A stretch of DNA of 64,000 nucleotides from Planctomycetota bacterium (GTDB taxonomy: Bacteria; Planctomycetota; UBA8108; SXIK01), in NCBI GenBank assembly GCA_965223265.1, contig OZ244999.1, positions 9,088,001-9,152,000 of the forward strand, read 5' to 3'. The translations under genes and the position numbers were made by a program. Below, piece after piece: positions 1 to 9,900 of this stretch (positions are counted from its first letter, which is position 1; each line of letters starts with the position of its first letter). Below the pieces are notes generated by a model. That model was not told the DNA's origin, searched no databases, and saw nothing but the letters and a program-made list of their open reading frames with translations.

Positions 1-639
1 CGTGCCACTGCGGGCATCATAGAGGTTCTGCTGCACGGGGAGTCAGTCAAGCAGGCAGTCACGCTGACGCGTAGCTCCTATTTTACGTTGGAAGAAGTCT
101 CGCGCGGATCGGCATCGTTGCGTGTCGATTGCAGCGGTGGAGGTCGAGTTTTTATGCGCGGTTGTGTCGACCCTGACGCAGACGTCTGGAGAAAACGACG
201 CGTTTATCGTTTGGGTCCTTCCAGCCCACTTGGCTATCGGGTGGCGAAACGGACGGCGGGAACTGAACGTATTAGATTCTCCGCGTTGCAATCACTTGAC
301 GTCGGATCGCCGTTGGTCGTACGGGTATCCATCCAAGGCTTTCAGAGGACTTCACCTTCAGCCTGGGGTTCATGGACGGCGAAAGAACGAGTCGTGACCC
401 TTGGGTTCGGGGCGGAGGCGGGCGCTCTCGGCATCGAGACGGATGAGGGCGAGGAGTTTGCAGCTCAAAGTTTCACCGTGTCGCTTGGAGATGATGTCCC
501 TCCTGGAAGTTACGACGTCCAGGTTAGCGTCGTCGAAGGAGAACCATCTTGGTTCGGAGCTCGACATCTGGTCGAGAGGAATTCGCAGGGAAGCAGTGTG
601 CGAACTCGCCGTGACCGGTCGACGGGGGGGGCACGATGA
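1..639 (+). CDS. Hypothetical protein, 5'-truncated (first visible gene of the capB-like operon)
   Basis: Frame +1 is open from base 1 to TGA 637-639. The stop overlaps the next ATG (ATGA). VYRLGPSSPLGYRV resembles a module repeated in the downstream giant protein. Confidence 0.7.
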   Translation, partial: RATAGIIEVLLHGESVKQAVTLTRSSYFTLEEVSRGSASLRVDCSGGGRVFMRGCVDPDADVWRKRRVYRLGPSSPLGYRVAKRTAGTERIRFSALQSLDVGSPLVVRVSIQGFQRTSPSAWGSWTAKERVVTLGFGAEAGALGIETDEGEEFAAQSFTVSLGDDVPPGSYDVQVSVVEGEPSWFGARHLVERNSQGSSVRTRRDRSTGGAR

Positions 640-1568
640 GAGCCTCTCGTGTGCTCACCGAAGCGAGACGCAGCTCGCGACAGTGCTCTCTTGCACTCGT
701 GGCGGCGGTTCTGTTGATTGGCGTCGCTGTTGAATCGTCGAGTTCTGATGCCGAGATTGGTGACCTCGTCAAACGTCGCGCCGAGGCACCGATGCTACGT
801 CGTGTCGAGCGTCCAGAATTGGCGAAAGCGGAGCTGCTCTTTCATTCAATACTGAGCCAAGGTTGGAGCGCTCAAGTTAGTCGTCTTTGCGCGGAACTCG
901 ACCTGAACATCATGAGAGTTCAGCAACACGGCGAAGGTTTTCTAGTCGTCGAAGAAGACGAGAGTCGTCGAGAGGGTCGTGGCCTCTTTGTTTTTCGCAG
1001 CACGGCAACTGAGCCGGTTTTCTTGCAGGCGCCTCACGCGTTTTTTGATCTTCGCACCGACGAAGTCGCGACACGGATGTTTCTTCGTACTCGCTGTGCG
1101 GTCGCAGCTTGGAATACGTGTCGGAGAGATGCGCGCGTTGTCGGGTCACAGCGCGTGGCGGATCTGTGCCGTCTCGACGCAACGTACTGGCAGGCGTTGA
1201 CAAGAGCCTTTGCACGCGCCTACCGGAGAGGCACGGTGGTGCAATTGCATGGATTCAGTCCCAGCCAGCGTTCAACGGTCGAAGCGAAACAGTATGAGTT
1301 GATTTTGAGCCGAGGAACGCGCTCTGGACATGAGGATCTGCTTGGAGTGAAAGCCTGCTTCGGAGAGAAAGTGCGGCTGCGCACCGCTGTCTTTCCCGTC
1401 GACGTTGAGGAACTTGGAGGGACGCGCAACGTTCAAGGGCGACTGCTCCGGAGCGTCGGAACAGGTTTTGTCCACGTCGAGATGAGTCCGAACGCCCGGA
1501 AACGCTTGATCACAGACGACGCACTCCTCGAGTGTTTCGCGCGATGCCTCATGGAGGTCGCAAGGTGA
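636..1568 (+). CDS. Secreted Zn-dependent amidohydrolase related to poly-gamma-glutamate hydrolase (PghP-like) / N-formylglutamate amidohydrolase fold
   Basis: N-terminal hydrophobic signal (LALVAAVLLIGVAV). Motifs QAPH..D..T, VQLHGF, N.QGR and VHVEMS parallel the APHGG/SLHG/QLE motifs of PGA hydrolases. Coupled to the capB-like operon. Confidence 0.55.
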   Translation: MRASRVLTEARRSSRQCSLALVAAVLLIGVAVESSSSDAEIGDLVKRRAEAPMLRRVERPELAKAELLFHSILSQGWSAQVSRLCAELDLNIMRVQQHGEGFLVVEEDESRREGRGLFVFRSTATEPVFLQAPHAFFDLRTDEVATRMFLRTRCAVAAWNTCRRDARVVGSQRVADLCRLDATYWQALTRAFARAYRRGTVVQLHGFSPSQRSTVEAKQYELILSRGTRSGHEDLLGVKACFGEKVRLRTAVFPVDVEELGGTRNVQGRLLRSVGTGFVHVEMSPNARKRLITDDALLECFARCLMEVAR

Positions 1569-4500
1569 GGCGTGGCAGCGGGGGTATCGCACTCTTCTGC
1601 TTGATTGCGCTTGCGCGCCTCTATGGCGATGACTCCATCCGTATCGGAGACGGTTTGGATACGTCTCGATTTCCTACACGGTGGGACAACGTCGAGGGTG
1701 CGCCGTGGCTGGTTGGAGGGCCCTCTCCGAAGTGGGACGCTTCGCTGCGATTTCACGTGTTCCGCCTGCGCCCACATGAGGTCGTCGTCCTTCATGTCCC
1801 GATCGACCGGCTGTTACGTGTGGTTTTCCCAGGTATCACGCAACGATCGCACATCGAAGTCACGATCGATGGTGGCTCAGGGATGGAGATCCCGCAAGCA
1901 GGCGTGCAAGGTGACGATGGCTCGTGGTTCTTTCCGACTCGACGCTTTGGCAGTCATCTCTTCAGGTTGAGGAGTACGGACAACAAGAGTCGAAATGTCG
2001 CTGTGTTTGTAGGACGCGCGGATACCACTTTCACTCGACAGCTTGCTATGGGATCGTCGACGCTCGGTAGCGACCCGGTGCGCCTGCGTCGCGAAGGAGA
2101 GCTGATCGGTCGACGGTATTGGCGTCTTGGTCCAGGTAAGCCGATTCGTGTGAGGGTGCAAGGTGGTGGAGAGCTGAGTCTGCTCACGCGTTTCGAGTTT
2201 CCGCAATCTGAGTCGAGTCGCCAACAGTCCTACCGCATTTCCATCGAAGGTGCTGAAGATCCCAACGGGTTCGAAGTGCAGACTGTCCCTGACTCGGTTC
2301 CCACGTGGGTTGACGGTCGTCCTGTCTGCGTCGGCACGTCAAAGGTCACTCGATTTCTTGTGAACTCCTCGGTTCGAGAGATCACGCTGAGAGCGAGTCG
2401 AAACGTCTGGTGTCGATTGTTTCGGTCTGACGATTCGGTCTATTTCGCTGCGGCGAACCGGTCGCAGCACAGTCGACCTTCCGATCTCACGTCGTTGTCC
2501 CTTGGGGACGCCCCTTCTGTTGAGTCCGTTGGCAGCATCAGCGAGAGCTTTCGGTTTGCGAGTGTCCCGGCGACGGTTTTCGAGGCGATCCGTGGGGCTG
2601 AGCCGGCGGACCTACAGATTGCCGCAGCGTACTTCAGGGCGATGGCGACCTCCTTTGCCGTTGACGCGGACAGTCGTCGTCTGGCACGTTCCTGGTATGA
2701 ACGGCTGACAAGGCGGCGTCATCATTTGCCGCGTCACATGGCTGCGGGACGACAGATCGACTGGCGCTCGTACGTGATCCGAAACGCGCGCCCCGCGGGT
2801 GACGAATCGACGTCTACCAAAGTCGCCAAAGAGCAGTTCGCCGCGGCACTCACAAGTCTTGGGAGCGGAGCTTTTGCCGTTGTCCCCGAGACTCAAGCCA
2901 GGGCGGACGAGTATCATGTCGGTGCTCGTGATACAGGGGTTTGGCTGCGCTTAGTAGCCCGACAGGAGTCTCAAGGCGCGGAGTTCTGGCTACAGGCGGA
3001 TGACCAACCTCCCGTGCTCATTCGCTGCTCCACTCGCTTGCCGGCGAGGTGGCAGCGGACGTCGACGTCATTTGACGCAGCGGCGTCCCTCGTCGTGCAT
3101 GGCAATGGTCGGTGGAATCCGCTCGATATCCACGCTGCGCTCAGTCAGTACCAGCGTCCACACGCTTTCGTCGAGGTGTGGCACGGCGAGTATTTCTGCG
3201 TCGCAGGCGTGCGAACGATCAAGTTGTGGCGAGACGAAGGCGCTGCTCCAGTCGCCGTCTCCGTGCAGTCACGATCTGGGGCACCCATCGTGCCAACAGA
3301 GTCGGAGTTTCTTGACGAGCTGGAGAAGTGGAGAAGGAATGCCCCGCCAGGGGAGAGCTTGCTGCCGTATCTGCAGCGTTTGTGGGCGGCGCGCGAAAGG
3401 AACATCTCAGACGAGTCAACTGCTTCAGCCGGTGCCTTGAACGAAGTTCTTGCTTGGATTGACGCAAGCTGCGACGACGACGTCGGGGGCGTCCACGTCA
3501 ATCCACCGAGGAAGTACGTCTTTTCGGACATCGACCATTCGAGCTCCGAGGAGATCGAGTCTAACGCGATGGCTGCGGAGCAGACTGGGGACTGGCTGCG
3601 AGCACTCGAGCATTGGACCGATGCGTTCCGGCAGGCCGACCCCGTGCGTCGGCGACGAATCGACCTGGCACGGCTGAGATGTCTTTTGGAATTGGGAGAA
3701 CATTGGTTCGCGGAAGAGCAGATGCTAGGAATCGTACAATCGTCACGAGATTTCGTGCTGCGTGACGCGGTGAGGAACCGCTTGCTTGACCACGTCCGGG
3801 CATCCGGGAACGTGCGAAAAGAGCATCGACTGATCGCCTCCTTTCTGTGCCGAAGTAGTGACACCGATCTCGTCTCACGAATGGTCGAATTGAGCGCCGA
3901 GCGCGGAGCGACTCGACGAGCGCTGTCGCTCGGCCTAATTCTCCCCGCATGGAAGCAGCCCGTCGAAATCTTACTGAGGTCTGCCTACGAAGAACAGTGG
4001 TGGGACACCTTCGAGGCATTTCTACCCCTGCTTGAAAGCGAGAGCGCATCGTATTGGCGGGGAATCAGACTCGCCACGCAGGGGGCGTACGAGGGTGCGA
4101 TCGACCGCCTAAATCAGGGAGGTCCGCGTGGGCAAGAGTTGGCGAGCTTCGTGAGCTCTGCTCTCGCTGTCAGACGCAGCCTCAACGCCACCGATTTGGA
4201 GACACGTGTCCGTGGAGTGGGGCAATGGTTGAAACTCGAAGCCAGTCGTCCGGGTCCTCGACGTTGGCGCAGCGCCAGTGACTTGATTGCCGAGTTCGCC
4301 TCCAGTTGTGTTATCGAAACTCTGGACCAGCGCGTCCGAACGCTCTGGTTCGTCGCTGACTCGGACAGGAAGGTCAAGTTGCAAGTGTTCGGCCCGACAC
4401 GCCTGAGGGTCCGGTCGCGACGATTGTACGGAGTCGAACGAACCGATGCGGAGGATAGTTGGCTCACAGTGGACGACGGATCGAAGCGGCGAGTCTTCCC

Positions 4501-6940
4501 GTTGAACGTGACCAGGCCAAGTGATTCGACGCGACTTCCAGGCCAACCCGAAGTGCGCCCAGGACTCGAACAAGAGTTCGTATTCGTCGTCGATTCCGGC
4601 TTGCACACCTTTGAAATTGGAAGCACGAGTCCGCTAGCGATCAGGGTCTACGAGGAAGAAGCGAGCCTTCGCTTTGGTATTCTTCCGCGTGTGACTGACG
4701 AGGCGATGCAGTTGAGTCTCGCGGACCCAGCTGTTGTCGACAGTGGCGAATTGATCGTCACAGGACAAAGAGTTGAAGGAATTACACAGGACAAGGTGGT
4801 GCGCGGAGCGCTGTACCGAATCCCGCCGATTGGCGTCAGTCGCTCTCGCCGGACCGACTCGGACCCCATCCTTTCTGATCTCCGTCAGGAATTCGGTGCG
4901 TCTTCAGGCGTCACGGAGACCGAGGACGAGAGAGTGGTTCGTGAGCTGCTGGCGCGAAGTGTTGGAGATCATCGGGAAACAATCGTGAGTCTCCAGTCAC
5001 GGCTTGAGATCGACGCCGAAGAGCGCCTCCGTTCTTTGGCATACGTTGCCGAGCACGACGGCAGACTAAGGGACGGCGCTGTGGCGGTGGGTTTCGAGGT
5101 GATGAATCGAGAACGAGATGATCCGAGGCTTCGCTCCATTTGGTCTCGACTCCGTCGCGGTTATTCGTGGCAGCGAGTGGTGACGTTGAATGGCAGTGCC
5201 GGCATTAGGACGCTCCCGCTCGATGGGTGGCGACCCGAGTCGCCGGGGCTCCGGGTTCGGTCGCAGTTCTTGCGGTCGATGGAACGAGGCGAGACGTTGC
5301 TCCTCGGCACCGATGCTCTTCTCGTCACTGTGCGACAGCGGCAACCAACTTCGTTGAAGTTGCGCGTTGCCGCTGAGGCCGTAAGATTTCGACCGGTCGA
5401 AGTGACCTGGGTGCGGTACGAGCTCAACGATTGGGAGAGCCACGAGGTGTATCTGTCGAAAGAGACTCCGCGACGCGAGATCGTCCTGCCGATTCCAGCG
5501 GGCGAGCATCGCGTGCGCATCAGTGCCGTGTCGCCGGTGACAAATCAGTTTATCGCGGTGAAGGTGGTCGGGATCGAGACGTCGTCTGACCATGACCTGT
5601 CCGTTGTCGGCGGCTCAGAGTCCCAGCATCCAACGCGCAATTTTCATGTGGCTTCCACGGAGAGCCCAATCCGGCTGACGGTCGTAGGGCCTAAATGCGT
5701 ACGGATCGACGAGCAGCGTGGAGGCGGTACGGTGACGAGTTATCGCATCGTAACGAAAGAGATCGAAGAGATTGTGCTGCGGCCGCGAGGCGACGAGAAG
5801 GAGGCTTTGTTCAGGCTGTTTGAATTGAGCGCTAAGCCGTCAGCGCAACAGGAAGCACCGGAGATTGCTCGAGAAGAGGAACCAGAGGACTTGCCACCGC
5901 CTCAGCTCAATCCAAGACTTCGGCTAGGAGTTGATTCAGAGTCAGAAGTTAGCGTCACTGACGGCATTGAACTGGGAGGGCAAGAAGACGGAACTCTGAG
6001 CCTCGCTATCAAGGCCGAGCGGCGTCGGATGTTTGAGGAAGATGGTGACGTCATCATCGTCGCCGAGCAGTTCGTCGAGCTCGATGCGGTTCATCGCAAG
6101 CAGGCCGATTCACTGCCCGCTCACTTCGAAACGGGGCTCTTGGGTCGTCGCCGAGAGCGAGGAGGACCGACGATCGGCGCCTGGGAGAGGATCCGGTACG
6201 CGCCTGACTGGCTGCCCGTCACGTTGGGTGCGCAGGGGGAGGTCTTTGCCCAATGGCCGAGTGGCGATCCGATAGTTCCGTCAGGGCCACTCGAGTGGTC
6301 CTATAAGGTCGAAGCGGGCGCGTCTCGGCAGGTGCCGTTTAGTCTCAACGCGTTCATGTTACCGTCAGTGCGAGTCTTCGGTCGACACCTGAGTCTTTCT
6401 GATAAATCTCGCTTTGATCCGGGCGACCTAGATCAGGACGTCTTTTCCGAATTCAAGTACGACCACCGCTACGGACTCAAACTGTCCGATACATTCACAT
6501 ATCGTCCCTGGATCGACACACAGTGGCGGATGCGCGCCTCCGTCACTACGAATGAGGACTTCAATGTCTTTCGCCCCGATAGTGTTCGATACTCCGTCGA
6601 CTGGGGGCAGTACTTGGCTGGCTTTCAGATCGATGTGGGGTACCAGCTGACTTACTTCTTTGACGACTCAGATCGCAGCAACAGTCGGACCCGTCACAGC
6701 GTCAGCTTGCAGGCTACTCATGATGTTTGGAGTAACGTTGAACATCGTCTGGAAATCGGAGGGGTGTTTCGTCAAGACTTCCCAGAAGATCGCAGTACCG
6801 GAATGGTTTTTCTCGCGATCCACTTCGGAAAGGGTCGAGGGTATCGAGATTTTCGCCCGGGGGAGGTCGATTTCGTCGGCCTGAGGGAGCGGCGGATTCC
6901 AGACCGAGGTTTGAATCGCCTTGCCACGCAAAGAGACTGA
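1565..6940 (+). CDS. Giant secreted/outer-membrane protein: repeated beta modules, TPR-like helical centre, C-terminal beta-barrel-like region
   Basis: ORF 1532..6940. Likely GTG start at 1565 overlaps the upstream stop (GTGA) and is followed by a signal-like IALFCLIALARL. TPR-like segments (GDWLRALEHW, YWRGIRLATQGAYEGAIDRL). The C-terminal ~300 aa has amphipathic strands. Confidence 0.65.
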   Translation: MRRGSGGIALFCLIALARLYGDDSIRIGDGLDTSRFPTRWDNVEGAPWLVGGPSPKWDASLRFHVFRLRPHEVVVLHVPIDRLLRVVFPGITQRSHIEVTIDGGSGMEIPQAGVQGDDGSWFFPTRRFGSHLFRLRSTDNKSRNVAVFVGRADTTFTRQLAMGSSTLGSDPVRLRREGELIGRRYWRLGPGKPIRVRVQGGGELSLLTRFEFPQSESSRQQSYRISIEGAEDPNGFEVQTVPDSVPTWVDGRPVCVGTSKVTRFLVNSSVREITLRASRNVWCRLFRSDDSVYFAAANRSQHSRPSDLTSLSLGDAPSVESVGSISESFRFASVPATVFEAIRGAEPADLQIAAAYFRAMATSFAVDADSRRLARSWYERLTRRRHHLPRHMAAGRQIDWRSYVIRNARPAGDESTSTKVAKEQFAAALTSLGSGAFAVVPETQARADEYHVGARDTGVWLRLVARQESQGAEFWLQADDQPPVLIRCSTRLPARWQRTSTSFDAAASLVVHGNGRWNPLDIHAALSQYQRPHAFVEVWHGEYFCVAGVRTIKLWRDEGAAPVAVSVQSRSGAPIVPTESEFLDELEKWRRNAPPGESLLPYLQRLWAARERNISDESTASAGALNEVLAWIDASCDDDVGGVHVNPPRKYVFSDIDHSSSEEIESNAMAAEQTGDWLRALEHWTDAFRQADPVRRRRIDLARLRCLLELGEHWFAEEQMLGIVQSSRDFVLRDAVRNRLLDHVRASGNVRKEHRLIASFLCRSSDTDLVSRMVELSAERGATRRALSLGLILPAWKQPVEILLRSAYEEQWWDTFEAFLPLLESESASYWRGIRLATQGAYEGAIDRLNQGGPRGQELASFVSSALAVRRSLNATDLETRVRGVGQWLKLEASRPGPRRWRSASDLIAEFASSCVIETLDQRVRTLWFVADSDRKVKLQVFGPTRLRVRSRRLYGVERTDAEDSWLTVDDGSKRRVFPLNVTRPSDSTRLPGQPEVRPGLEQEFVFVVDSGLHTFEIGSTSPLAIRVYEEEASLRFGILPRVTDEAMQLSLADPAVVDSGELIVTGQRVEGITQDKVVRGALYRIPPIGVSRSRRTDSDPILSDLRQEFGASSGVTETEDERVVRELLARSVGDHRETIVSLQSRLEIDAEERLRSLAYVAEHDGRLRDGAVAVGFEVMNRERDDPRLRSIWSRLRRGYSWQRVVTLNGSAGIRTLPLDGWRPESPGLRVRSQFLRSMERGETLLLGTDALLVTVRQRQPTSLKLRVAAEAVRFRPVEVTWVRYELNDWESHEVYLSKETPRREIVLPIPAGEHRVRISAVSPVTNQFIAVKVVGIETSSDHDLSVVGGSESQHPTRNFHVASTESPIRLTVVGPKCVRIDEQRGGGTVTSYRIVTKEIEEIVLRPRGDEKEALFRLFELSAKPSAQQEAPEIAREEEPEDLPPPQLNPRLRLGVDSESEVSVTDGIELGGQEDGTLSLAIKAERRRMFEEDGDVIIVAEQFVELDAVHRKQADSLPAHFETGLLGRRRERGGPTIGAWERIRYAPDWLPVTLGAQGEVFAQWPSGDPIVPSGPLEWSYKVEAGASRQVPFSLNAFMLPSVRVFGRHLSLSDKSRFDPGDLDQDVFSEFKYDHRYGLKLSDTFTYRPWIDTQWRMRASVTTNEDFNVFRPDSVRYSVDWGQYLAGFQIDVGYQLTYFFDDSDRSNSRTRHSVSLQATHDVWSNVEHRLEIGGVFRQDFPEDRSTGMVFLAIHFGKGRGYRDFRPGEVDFVGLRERRIPDRGLNRLATQRD

Positions 6941-9900
6941 GAGCAAGCCTGTTTACCTTCTGCTGGTGCGTGGTCTCAATCGATACCAACGCCAGTTGAA
7001 CCGCGCGCTCTTGGAGCGACTCTGTCGTGAATTCGACAAGCGGCCACGCGTCGCAGATCTGCGGCGCGGGTCTAGGGACGCTTCACTTCTGGTCTACAGC
7101 CTCTTCGCATTTCTGCAGGCAAAGCTCAGCGAGACGTTGACGACACTTCAGGATCTCCGTCGGCGTTACAATGAGTTCGCGAAACGTATCGGGAGAGCCG
7201 CGACGCTCAATGAGCGTGAGCGGCAAGTCCTTGAGTTCTCCCGAGATCTTGGTGCCGATCGCAAGACACTTCGCGGTGACAAGAGGGCGTTGAGTCGGTA
7301 CTTCGATGGCGAGGCGGTTACGGATCGTTTCAAGCGCCGTTGTGGCGAAGCCGAGCGGATGCTCTGTTTCGCGCTCGACCGACTTGCCGTGATCGGTGAG
7401 ATCGCAATCAACAAGGAACTGAATCGTGCTAAGAAGAAGGATGCCTGGGAACGTCTTGGTATTGAAGAATTGCTGCAGCAGTTCTGGACATACGACGGCG
7501 ACGCACGTGTCCGCGTTGCGGCGTTTCGTTGTCTCTCGCGGCTGCTGTCGGCTTTACCTGAAGGGGAAAAACAGGGCTGCGTCGCACAGACGACGCTTCA
7601 GTTTATCTATCGATCAGCGATGCACCAGCGACAGAGTGTTTGGCTTCAGTGCGCCGCGCTATCGCTCCTTGAAAACGTCTCGGGGGATTCTCTCTTTCGC
7701 GTGCTGCGGCAGCGGCTTCACAACCCAGGCGACCAGGCGGACGATATCTTTGTCCGCAAGCATGCGGCGATCATGGCGGCTCGAAATGTCGGTCGACTTC
7801 CGTCGTTGATCACGACGATTGAGCAAGTGCTCCAAGACCCGAGCCCGTACGTCCGACAGGGTCTCGCGCGGTCTCTCGGGAAGTATCCGCATGTCGATTC
7901 GGTTGCAATTCTTTGCCCGCTCGTTCATGACGACAAGTGCCATCAAGTGCGTGCTGCCGCAGTCTTGGCCATTGGTGACATAGTGCTTGAAGCGCCGTTT
8001 CAGGAAGAGGCACTGCGCAGATTGATACAGTCCCTCCGGGAAGAGCAACATGAGTTTGTCCTGCGGACGGTTCTACAAGTTTGCCAAAATATGACACATG
8101 ATCTCGGTGGTGTCCTTCCTGTGGAATGGTGGTGGGAATTCTACGAAGATCTGGAGCGCTTGCATGTTTCGGCCGACAGTGTGTCGGTGCGGCGCTGGGC
8201 AGCGCAGGCGCGCGACGTGGTCTGGTCCCGGATCGAACCGGAGGCGATGGCGCTCAGTGCGATCTGCCACGACGCTCTGCGTGGACTTCGGACGGGAGCA
8301 ACTCATAGAGTTCCGGCGCGGCTCGTCGATACGTACGATGAAGAGTCTCTTGGCCGATCACTTGCGACGGCCGTGACGCTCGACCATGGACTGGATGTGC
8401 GCCGGATTTGGAACGGATACAGTGTTACTCGCGGACAGCTGTTTCAGTTTCGCTTGTGGCGATTTCTCTATGAGGTGCGACACGCGTCCCCCGACAAGAG
8501 ACAGGCGCACAGCCACATGGTCGGGAGATACTTTGACGGTGAGCTACGAATTCCGTCCACCGTCCTCGCAGAACTCGCCCAAACGAAGGTGCCTGGCGAA
8601 CCACTCTTTCTGCCGGAAGAGAGCGGTTGGCGACCCTACCTCCCCCTTGTCGATGACGTGATTGCGTCAGCCCAGCACAGGTTTCGAGGCCGTGCCACCA
8701 GAATTTATACGAGCGAGGGAATCACTACCGTTCAGCCTCCTTCTTCGCTCCTTCGACGCCTTGCCGCGCTCTACCGACTTTCTACTCGCTATCCAGAATA
8801 TGCTCGTTTGCGGAATTGGCGTGAAGGATCGCAGGTGAAAGCGGACGGGTATGTGAGGTCTCTCGAGGATCTTGGATTCTCGATTCAGATCAACCCCTAT
8901 CGAGGTCGCAAAGGACGTGGCGACACCCGTGTGGACCCGAAGGTAGAGAGGTTCTTTCCAGCGATATCGCTCGCTCCTCTGGTAGATCTCTGGTCCGAAC
9001 TGCGCGAGTATTTCTTTTCTGTTTTCGACAACTCGATTCAGGAGCTCATCCTTTTCTCGGGTGGGGTGTCAACTTACTTCGTTGGCAAACACATCCTCTC
9101 GAACGTAAGAATTCGTCGTAGTCGGAGCAGGATTCCACTGATCGTCGGTGGGTGGGGCACTCGCGGCAAGTCGGGTACAGAGAGACTCAAGGCGGCACTC
9201 TTCAGCGCACTTGGACATAGTATGGTGTCGAAAACGACCGGGTGCGAAGCGATGTTTCTGTACTCGCATGCGTTCGGGCAAACGAAGGAACTGTTTCTCT
9301 TTCGACCTTACGACAAAGCGACGATTTGGGAGCAGAGCAATCTTCTACGTCTGGCTTCCCAACTAGAAGGAGAGGTTTTTCTTTGGGAATGCATGGCTTT
9401 GACTCCCGCGTATGTGCGCATTCTTCAGCAGCGCTGGATGCAAGACGACATATCGACGATCACGAACACCTATCCCGATCATGAAGATCTTCAGGGACCC
9501 GCAGGCTTCAATATTCCCGAGGTGATGACGCTTTTCATCCCGCGCCGATCGACACTCATCACAACTGAAGAGGTTATGCTGCCGATTCTCTCGGAGGCTG
9601 CCAAGGACCAGGAAACCCGAGTGCAGCCTGTCACCTGGTTGGAGGCGGGTCTACTCACGGACGACGTTCTCGCTCGTTTTCCGTACGAGGAGCACCCGAA
9701 CAACATCGCCCTCGTCATGGCCCTCGCCGAGGAGCTCGGGGTCGATCCGGACTTCGCCCTCAAGGAGATGGCAGACCGGGTGGTTGCCGATCTCGGCGTA
9801 CTCAAGGTCTACCCCGTTTCCCGCGTAGAGGGTCGATATCTCGAGTTCACTAATGGCATGTCAGCCAACGAGCGTCACGGGTGTCTCGGCAACTGGACGC

